DNA of 64,000 nucleotides from the human T2T-CHM13v2.0 reference genome, Homo sapiens. The DNA is taken from assembly GCF_009914755.1 (NCBI RefSeq), contig NC_060925.1; one strand, written 5' to 3'. Below, one piece after another: positions 54,301 through 64,000 of this stretch (positions are counted from its first letter, which is position 1; every line of letters begins with the position of its first letter). The position numbers and the translations under genes were made by a program. Under the pieces are notes generated by a model, which saw only the letters and a program-made list of their open reading frames with translations, was not told the DNA's origin and made no database searches.

Positions 54301-54960
54301 GTACGGTGCCCCACAACGGGCCCCTGGGCTGCCTGTGGGAGGGAGGAGGTGCTGATCCTGTGGGGACAGAACATGTGGCCCCCCGCCCAGCAGCTAGCTA
54401 GCCAGGGAAAGAGTCGGGGTGGGGGGTGTGGCCAAGGAGAGGAGACCCACTACTTGCCTTCTGGGAAAGTTGGCTCTAGCTGGTGGAATCGAGTGTCTCC
54501 TGCCCTGATTCAAGCTCCAGAGGCCTAGGGTCTCATCCACCCATCGGGGCACTTTACCCCCAGGCCAGCTGAACAGAGAGAGGATCTTTGAAACCCAAAG
54601 CTCAGTGATACCCTGGAAATTCTGTAGCCTCAAGGAGAAATTCTTGTCTGTTCAAGAATTCACAGAATGTCAGGACCTAAACACATCAGAGAGTCATTTA
54701 ACCCCATCCTACTACCGTTTTACAGATGGCTCAGCTGAGGCCCAGAGAGGGGCAGTGAGTCACCCATGGCCACTAGGCTCCCCTGCCTCCCAGCTAAGGA
54801 GTCTTCCCTAGCCCTACACTGCTTCAGGCAGCCAGGGCTTCCACCCCGCTTCCAAATGGGAGTCCCACCCCTGTGAGAATCTTGCACCTAAACCAAAGCC
54901 CCCAGCATCCTTCTCCTACGATACCTGGCCAAGTGCTGAAAGTCGATCTCATCTCTGCAG

Positions 54961-55085
54961 AGCCCCATATGCCCCATGTCCTGATAGAGAAAGGGGACAT
55001 GACCCTGGGAGAGTTTGACCAGCACTTGAAGGGAAGAACAGATTTCATTAAAGGGATGAAGAAGAAGAGCAGAGCAGAGCGGAAG
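54961..55085 (+). CDS. VWA5B1: VWA5B1 exon 7: (E)PHMPHVLIEKGDMTLGEFDQHLKGRTDFIKGMKKKSRAERK
   Basis: ctctgcAG| acceptor, AAG|GTGAGG donor, 125 nt, phase 1-0. Confidence 0.95.
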
Positions 55086-56883
55086 GTGAGGGCAACTGAG
55101 GTGGGGAGCGGACGGTGGCAGAGTTGGGGTGGCGCTGAGGCCTGGTCTCCACTGAACAAGTGAGGTGGGGAGGTAACCTGCCCGAGGTCATCCAGCAAGC
55201 TGGAGGCAGACACCAGGCAAGAAGTGTTTCCTTCTGTGGGCCCCCGGGCACTGCAGGGCACTTTCAAATGCCCCGTCATCCTGGCTCTATTCCCGCCTCC
55301 TGCCAGATCACCTTTCTCCAGGACCTAGCAGGTGCCTAAGCCAGGAAAATTTATATATGGTGGCAGAATGGCCTTGGCCTCCTCCAGGCCTCTGCATCCC
55401 CAGGGGTGCCCAGGACCCTTCAGCTCCTTACCTCCTGGACCTCCCTTACCCACCAGCTGGGTAGCCTCTTGCTCTTCCTCCCTCTGGGGCCCTTGCTTGC
55501 TATGACATAAAGGACAAAGGCAGAGTGGGGAAAGCCTGAGAAAGATCCTCTCCTTCTGCTGTCCCCCACCCCATGAAGCTGCAGGACAAGGAGGCCTGGC
55601 CAGGGGCCAGGAATGGGAAAGGGAACGTTGGAGGCTGAGCGTCAGCCACAAGTCACACCCCATGCTCTGCCTCCCGCTCATGGTCCTGCACACTGAGCCA
55701 GGTCCTGAATGCCAAGATAGGTTTCAGAATGATGGCTCATCTCTTTCCATTAGCCCCCTTTTTAGATGAGAAAACTGAGATCTGGCACCCAAAGATCACC
55801 AGTAAGCTGGAGGAAGGGAAAGACTGTGATCTCAGAAGTTAGATTTGGTGACCAGGAGGCTAAGGGATGAGAACGGATTCTGTGGGGCAGTTGAGCTGGA
55901 TTTCACACCACCACCCATGCTCTGCCCGCCTAGCTGGCACAGGGCAGTGGCAAGGTGGGGAAGTGGACAGAGACCCCCCTAGAAGCACATGCTCTCCCAG
56001 AGGTGCCCCTCAGCCAGATGAGTCAGTTGGGATAAGAAGCTGGAGCCCGGGGTTCTCAGAGTAGGGGGTGGCAGTGCCAGAGGTCCCATTGAGCTCTGAG
56101 AACTGCTGCCTATGGGCCAGTGGGGCCCAGTGGGCCTCCCAGGCCTGGGGCTGGCTGCCCTGCCTGCCAAGCCTTAAATAATTGGCTCGGGGATGGCGGA
56201 AGCAAATGAGAATTAACTTGCCACCTTGGGGTGGTTATGCAAATAGCCCGTATTCTCACAAACTCCAGGGATGACAGCAATCAACCCACAGCTGCTAAGA
56301 AATGATGAGTTTATTAATAATTGGATAATGGCAGCTTGAGGAGACATTAGAGAATCCTGAGCCAGGGCACCAACCCAGTCCCTCTGAGAGGCAGATAAGG
56401 TTTCTGGAGGTGGCTTCTCTCACTGGCAGATGTGGCTGCTTCTGCCTAGGGCTCTGTCATCAAAAGAGCCCGTCTGGGCTGTGGCCTCTGGTGGAGCGGC
56501 TTCACGTGGGAGAGAGACAGCGAGATCCCTTGGCAGGGAGAAGAGTGGGTTGTGGGTATCCACAGGGTGAACATCAATCAGGAAGAGTGGGTGGGACAAG
56601 CTGTCAGAAACCCTGGTTTAGCAAGGAGAGGGTAGATCACATAGAAGGGCACACCACGCGTGAGACACAGAGATGCCAAGAGTAACAGAGGCAAAAAAAA
56701 AAAAAAAACACGAAAAGATGCACACACAGGTCATTGGCAGACAAAAAGGCCCACACAGATTAATTCCCTCACTTATTTATTCAACAAATAAATCTTAGGG
56801 GGGCAATACTGAGAATGACACAGTCTTCATCTTCATGGAGCTTATATTCTGGGATGGAAAGACAGAGGAAGAAAAGCAAATCA

Positions 56884-57399
<516 letters not shown>

Positions 57400-58934
57400 T
57401 CAGTGCGGCTGAAATATAGGGAGCAGAGTGGGTAGAGAGGAGGTGGACAGGCAGGCAGGGGTCAAGCCACAGGGGGCTTCCTAAACTATGGTTCAGAGTA
57501 TTCAGTGAGGGCACTGCTTGAGCAAGAGAATGACAAGAACAGTCGCTCTGGCTGCTCTCTGCAGAATGGACCACAGGGAGATAAAAGTTGGAGAAAGAGA
57601 GCAGGATGAGACTATTGCAAAGGTCGAGAGAGAGAGACAGTCCTCTCCTGAACACGGGCAGTAGCAGTGGAGTCAGAGAGATGTGGACGCGTTCTGGCTG
57701 CATGTTAGCAGCAGGACTGGCAATGCTTTGCTGCAGGATGGAATGCGTGGAGTGAGGAAAAGAGGGGAACTGAGGACAACTGTTAGGCGTTTGGTTTGAA
57801 CAACTGGGTGGGTGGTGATGTCATCTATTGAGATGGGGAAGGAACCCAAATAGACAGAAACTGAGAAACAGACACAGAGACACGTGTACACACAGAGACA
57901 GCCAGATAAGGAGACAGAGAGAGAAAGTCGGGGTGGAAAGTGAAAGCAGCGTGAGAACAAAGGAAATGAGATTCTGTGTGAAGGGGAGGGGGAGAAGCAA
58001 GGGGAAGGGTCCTGGCCTCAGGGCCAGCTAGGAGGCCACATAAAAGGATAAACACCAAGGCCCTGTCCCTTCCTTAATCTTTACTGATCCATCTCTGGAC
58101 TAGGCCCTGTGTTAAATTCTGGAGAGGTAAAAGAAGCTAAGAGATGACCTGCCCTCAAGTATAATAGCAAACAAGTTGACGGGAGGCAGAGATCGGAGCA
58201 AAAAACTATTCGGTGTGAGAAGTGCCTGGGCCTCCAGGACCAACAACAGCAGCACCAGCAATGGCAATGATGGCTGCTGTTTAGAGGCCATTGCTCTCTG
58301 CCAGGCAGCCAGCTTCACAGGTGCACTGAACCCATGCAACGACTCAGTGAGGTATGTCTTCTTGTCCTCATTTAATGGATGAGGAAACTAAGTAATTAAG
58401 TCCACCTGGAAATTGGGGAAGCCTTTCCAAACAGGTAGAATTTGAAGAGTGAGTAGGAATTTAACAACGGGAGAGAATCGGTAAACCAAGGAAACCCAGT
58501 TCACAGCCAACATGAGCCAGAGAGCAGTATACACACTGAGTGTAAAAGCGAGAGACCATTACTCAACCAACGGGCTTCTCGCGTCTGTGCTGACTCAGTT
58601 CATCCTCACAACCACCCTGAGAAGCGGACATTATTCGCCCCATTTTACAAATGGGTAAATAGACCCAGAGGAGGGACTCACCCCCATATCACACAGTCGG
58701 ATGGTGACAGAGCTGGGATTCAAACCCAAGTCTTTCTGTCTGCAAAGTCCATGCTTGCTGTTGCAACCCGTGAAGGTCTAGCAAACAGAAGAGCTGAGCA
58801 CAGTCAGCCCGGAAGTCTTCCATGCAGAGCCTGAGCAGGATGTGGGTGCACGGTGAGTGACGGGGACCAGCATGAGTCCCCAGGAGTACCTCTTGACCCT
58901 GATTGCCCAATCAGAGTGTTCTTTCCTCTTCCAG

Positions 58935-59111
58935 ACAGAAATCATTCGAAAACGCCTCCACAAAGACATTCCCCACCACTCCGTCATCATGCTCAACTTC
59001 TGTCCCGACCTCCAGTCAGTCCAGCCGTGCCTGAGAAAGGCCCACGGGGAGTTCATCTTCCTCATTGACAGGAGCAGCAGCATGAGCGGGATCAGCATGC
59101 ACCGAGTCAAG
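58935..59111 (+). CDS. VWA5B1: VWA5B1 exon 8: TEIIRKRLHKDIPHHSVIMLNFCPDLQSVQPCLRKAHGEFIFLIDRSSSMSGISMHRVK (start of vWA domain, MIDAS DxSxS)
   Basis: ctcttccAG| acceptor, AAG|GTACCT donor, 177 nt, phase 0-0; EFIFLIDRSSSM is the vWA beta-A strand plus MIDAS motif. Confidence 0.96.
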
Positions 59112-60487
59112 GTACCTGCTGAGAGAACCCCTCCCGAGGACCCGGGGCTCCAGGGGAAATCAGCTGTGTGCCCCCAATCCAGCTTCCTCAGCACTTTCTG
59201 TTCCAAGAAACAACTTTTAAAAATCAGTTTAAACAGAGATACCCAAACTCCATTTGCATCCCCATAAAAACATGAAGTGGTGTGAGCAGAAGCTGAGCTG
59301 GCATCCATTTATAAGGGATGAAGTCATCCGTAGCTGTCCTTTGCATTCTACAAACTTTAGCTAAAACACTCCAGTAGGTACTGAGTGGAGCAGGGCACAG
59401 GGAAGAGGGGAAGGGAAGTAACATTTGCTGAGGGTCTGCTATGTGTTGGATACGGTGCTAGCCACTTAACGTGAAGCTTGGTACCTCATCCAGACAATAA
59501 TCTTATGCGTTTGATCCTATTTTTGCCATTTTCCATATAGAAAAGCTGATCTTGAGAGTTTCAGTCACCTGCCCAAGGTCACATGGCCACTGTGGTCTAA
59601 AATTAAATCCATGTCTCCCTGACTGTCCCCACCACCTGACATCAGAGCTTCAGTGGACATGGCCCCTGCCATCAAGGAATGTGTAGAATTTGGTAGAAAA
59701 GACTTGGTTTCTCTTTTTTTCAAATGCCTAATAGGTGCCAAGCCTTGCCCTTGGCCATCTGGAAAAACAGCAGAATGTAAACACATTTGCTGTCCTCAAG
59801 GAGCTGACAGTCAAGAGAGAGGCACAGGCCTGCTAGCCAATCAGAATACATGGGAGCTTGGTCTCCCTGCTAAGGAGAGCTCCTCAGGAGGGTGGAAGCA
59901 ATGGTGATAGAATCCTCCCCCCTCACAATCCAGATGCATTTCACCTGCCCCCTGCCCCACCCCCAGGAGATTACTGGTCTCCATTGTGGCATTATCCAAC
60001 ACTCCCTTGTATTTTTGATTGTGCAGATGTCTGTCTCTCTGGAGTTATGAACTCATTTAGGAAAAGGGTCGTCTATCCTCTCACCTGTCTTTTTCCATGG
60101 GGCCTAGCTCTGTGTTTATGCATAAAAAGCCTTCTATCTCTTTATTGATCCGGGTAAAGGATAACTGAGTTCAGGAGAACAAGGAAGGAGGGGGCAAGAA
60201 CAGAGTGGGGCTCTGCCGTCACCTGAAATTTCATCTTTCCCCCTAGTTTGTTCCCAGAGCAAGCTCTTGTTTCCAGGGCAGCAAGCTCAGCAAGGAGAGG
60301 AGGGTTGGGTGGGATCTGGGATGCCAGGTATCTCCATGGGTTTGCTACAGTTGTCTTGAAGTATGACAAAGGAATCATACACAGGACCCAAGTTCCTGTT
60401 TGAAGTCTCATGACACAGGGGTGTAGTAGGGCTGATTGGCACCTTCTTCCCCAACCTGCCCACCGTCAGAGGCAAACATTGGAATGA

Positions 60488-60508
60488 GAAGCTGTCCTCG
60501 GTGCTGGA
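60488..60508 (-). promoter_or_regulatory. REST/NRSF RE1 element candidate
   Basis: Minus strand TCCAGCACCGAGGACAGCTTC versus RE1 TTCAGCACCNNGGACAGCGCC; both half-sites present with canonical 2-nt spacing. Confidence 0.7.
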
Positions 60509-62018
60509 GTGCTGAAGCACGCTCAAGGCCTCTGTGGCCATCTGTATCCCGTTCCGCATCTTTATCAGTTCGTAAGATGTCTCAGTTACCCTAGAGCATC
60601 ACAGAAGCATAAACCTAAAACATGCCTTAGGGAGCATTTAATCCATTTTCCCTCCACTTTCCAGGTAAAGAAACTGAGTCGCCAAGAGGCTAAGTGCTTT
60701 TCCCAGCATCACAGGGCTAGTGAGAGAGCCTGGGCCTTCTATGTCTTGCTTCAGAGCTCATTTTCCTTACATTGCTTATGGAGAATTATGCATACTGTTC
60801 CACTAAAAAATTCTCTTCTCTGATGATGTCATCTCTGCTGCATGGCATCATGCCAAAAGCAACACCTGGATTCCAGGGTCAATTCTGCCACCGATTTGCT
60901 CTGTGACTGTGGACAAGCTGATTTTCAACTCTGGGATTCATTCATACTTTCTGTAGAGAGAGAAGGATCAATTCAGGCAGAGTGAACGTATGTCATATAT
61001 CCCTCCGCTCCCCTCCCTCTCCCAAGCCCAGGTAGACCTCAATTCAATAATTGGTCATGACATTTTTTTTCCTGCTGAGCCTGGACTCAGTCTATATCCT
61101 TCTCATCCAGTGTTCCAGGCAGTTACTACCAGTTAAATGTAATTAGTTCATAAATGGAAATCCACTTCCTGGACTGAAAGCCTGTCCAATCTTTGCATTC
61201 CAGAATTCTCGGACAATAACTTTCTCTGGCTCTCCTTTCAGTCCTCTTTCTCCTTGGAATCTCTCCTGCCCTTCTCCAGTTCAGCTCACTGAGCTCAAGG
61301 TCATGCCTTCACAAATGGCTTTGCATTGGTGCCATCCATTCTGCTAAACATGACCCTTTTAGAGAAAGGCACAGAAATTACTCAGGCTACACACCCCTTT
61401 CCCCACTGACAATGAGGCCACTGGAAGGTTGCTTGGGTCCTTAATTGTGACCCACTGGGTTGAAGTTTTAGGAAAATCTAGGCTCAGGGAGGAGGGAGAA
61501 AATAGAAATCCAAAGAGCTTATGCCAAAGGGGAAAGTCCGGCCAATTTAATTTCCTGCAGCTGGTCTCATTCTTCAGCTGCCACTTGCTGCCAAAAACAT
61601 GGCTTTAAAAATTCTAATAGGTGTGAGCAGAGACAATCTGTATGGATCAGCAGAATCTCCTCCTAGCAGGAATATGCATTAGTGACTAATGAAAAAATAA
61701 GCAGACATTGACTTCTTTTGTAGAGAAACCAAATGTATTGACGCAAGCAATGAAGAGAGATTGAGAGAATGTTAATGTTAATGTTTGCAGGGTGGGGGAT
61801 GGGATTGGGGTGTGAGTATGTGGAGCCTGGAAATCTGTGTGGTGTAAAAGGTGCCAGAATCCTCTTGCAGCTGTTTTCTTCTAGATCATGAAGGATGACG
61901 GCTTCCCTGAAGCCATGCTGAGATCCCTGGGGTACTATCAATAAACAAGATGGGGGACATGGGGGTGAGGGGGAGACAGACCTTCATTCCTCTGCCAAGG
62001 CAGAGCCAACATGAATAA

Positions 62019-62327
<309 letters not shown>

Positions 62328-63208
62328 AAAGCTGTGTTTTTAAAGCCTCTGTCATTAGTCTTAGGTTTTGCAATCCAGGGCAATTCCTTAGCTCTCCTGA
62401 GCCTCAGTTTCCTTATCTGTAAAGCAGGGTTATTAATATTAATATAGATCTCACTGAGTTGATAATGATAACCATTTGCTGAATGTTTACTATGCACCTA
62501 GCTGAGGCTCAGAGGGGTGACATAACTTAGAACATTTAGCACATAGTAATTGCTTGATATTTATCATTGCATTGTATCATAACCATCGTCACCATCATGA
62601 TCATCATGATCATCATCATCATCAATTTTGCTTCTACCATCACCTCCACCTCCCTCATTGTCACTATTTTTTTTCAGTCTACCTTTATCAAGGTCTCCTG
62701 CTGGGGTTACATGGGTTATGTTTAGTGTCCATAGACTTTGGAGGCAAAGTGACATGGCTTTGAGTCCTGACTCCATTATTTACCCTCTGGATGCTCACCA
62801 ACATGTTACTTCCCCTCTCTGTGCCTCAATCTTCTCTTCTATAAAATGGGGATAAAAGCGTACCTGCCTCGAAGGGTTATGGTGAAGATCAGTGAAGTGA
62901 TGCATGTAAAGTACATCCTGTGTACCTGACAAATATGAGCTGAAGAGACTGCCCCTGAGGATGTGTCCTTAGTGATGGTTAGGTTGAGTCTGATGCAGAA
63001 GGTCCCACAGGAGGGCCAGAAGCCATTCCATCCACAGTGTGACCTGGACCAGGCCACTTTCCTCCCTTGGACATCAATTCTGCTTTGGCAGCAGGGAGAG
63101 GGTGCTCCCTGCTCTCCCCACCTCTCAGGATCAGGAAGAGGTTAAATGGAACTGGAAAGCCATAATAGAAAGGCTTTAAGAAATCAGACCTGCTACATGG
63201 ATAAGTTT

Positions 63209-63274
63209 GATGATGATGACGACGACGACGATGATGATGATGATGGTGGTGGTGGTGGTGGTGGTGGTGGTGGT
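63209..63274 (+). repeat. Compound trinucleotide repeat (GAT)3(GAC)4(GAT)5(GGT)10
   Basis: Directly counted. Confidence 0.95.
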
Positions 63275-63468
63275 GGCTTTGGTCCAGCCTCTGGTCAGTG
63301 TCAGCAAATTTCTTGATGTGAGGGAAAAGGAGTTGCTGGGTGCAGACAGAGGAGGGTAAAGGTCTGTTTGGAGGCTGCTCGTGTGCTGGGAAAGGGAATA
63401 TTGGAGTGCAGTGGCCGAGTGACAAGAACTCCTTCCTGAATCCTGAAAACCCCTTTCTCTCCTGCCAG

Positions 63469-63579
63469 GATGCCATGTTGGTGGCCCTTAAGAGCCTCAT
63501 GCCAGCCTGCCTCTTCAATATCATTGGGTTTGGATCCACATTTAAGAGCCTTTTTCCTTCCAGCCAGACCTACAGTGAG
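63469..63579 (+). CDS. VWA5B1: VWA5B1 exon 9: DAMLVALKSLMPACLFNIIGFGSTFKSLFPSSQTYSE (vWA domain; gene continues past the window)
   Basis: cctgccAG| acceptor, GAG|GTAATG donor, 111 nt, phase 0-0; FNIIGFGS is a typical VIT-vWA family strand. Confidence 0.95.
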
Positions 63580-64000
63580 GTAATGAGGGGGCAAGGCTGG
63601 GACCAGGAGGGTGGTGCATGGTGGGGAGCAGAGGAAAGGAGGGAAAGGGGAAAAAATAGTTAAAACCCTAGTGCTGGCCTCAGAAGCTGCCTACCCACAG
63701 AGAACCCAGATCACACCCGGGGGCAGAGAACTGAAGAGAAACTATCTCTGTTTGGACATTTTTCTGACATCTCAGCCTTCTGACATCCCCTCCTCTTTAG
63801 AATCAAACAATATTTTGGGCAAAGTGTGTGTGTGTACAGAAATGAGGTACGGAAAGTGGGTAGAGAGAGGACATAGCCCAGGCCTGCCACTCACTGAAGC
63901 CTCCGTTTCACAAGGATGATGGACGCATGCAAGGTTGAGCTAAGGAAGCGGCTGATAAGGAGTAGGGGAGTGAATAGGTGGATGAGTGGGCGTGGCAGCG

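Noticed and set aside
54148-54528. 126-aa + strand ORF over exon 6
   Set aside because: Wrong frame; splice phases show the true frame is EESPTHEIRAD...
58931-58938. Tandem acceptor cAG-acAG at exon 8
   Set aside because: The second AG shifts the frame by 4 nt; this is a common chance configuration with no evidence of use
62979-63539. 186-aa antisense ORF with a poly-His/Arg run overlapping exon 9
   Set aside because: Openness is explained by the trinucleotide repeat and the antisense of a coding exon; no promoter or homology evidence

Overview
Human (or very closely related great-ape) genomic DNA. It is repeat-rich, with Alu, L1, MaLR/THE1 LTR, MIR, L2 and MER5A elements. About 1-26,300 is intergenic. 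From about 26,400 to the window end lies the 5' half of VWA5B1 (von Willebrand factor A domain-containing 5B1) on the + strand. It has a probable non-coding first exon (~26,455-26,666) and eight coding exons (46,181-63,579). These splice with canonical GT-AG sites and consistent phases into 1,254 nt (418 codons): an N-terminal VIT-like region and the start of a vWA domain with the MIDAS DxSxS motif. The gene continues past the window. Nearly all ORFs in the six-frame track are noise. I see no new multi-gene system. The best leads are: (1) the exon-4 acceptor and first codons appear MIR-derived, upstream of what looks like a dead ancestral acceptor; (2) a perfect 27-bp inverted repeat in intron 4; (3) codon 238 reads Glu where I recall a conserved Val; (4) a near-consensus REST/RE1 site plus several RFX X-boxes; (5) a complex 5' UTR with tandem donors, uORFs, a candidate cassette exon and a microexon; (6) mutational fossils, namely a 73-bp templated insertion in an LTR, a 110-bp duplication inside an Alu, and an L1 3' transduction.
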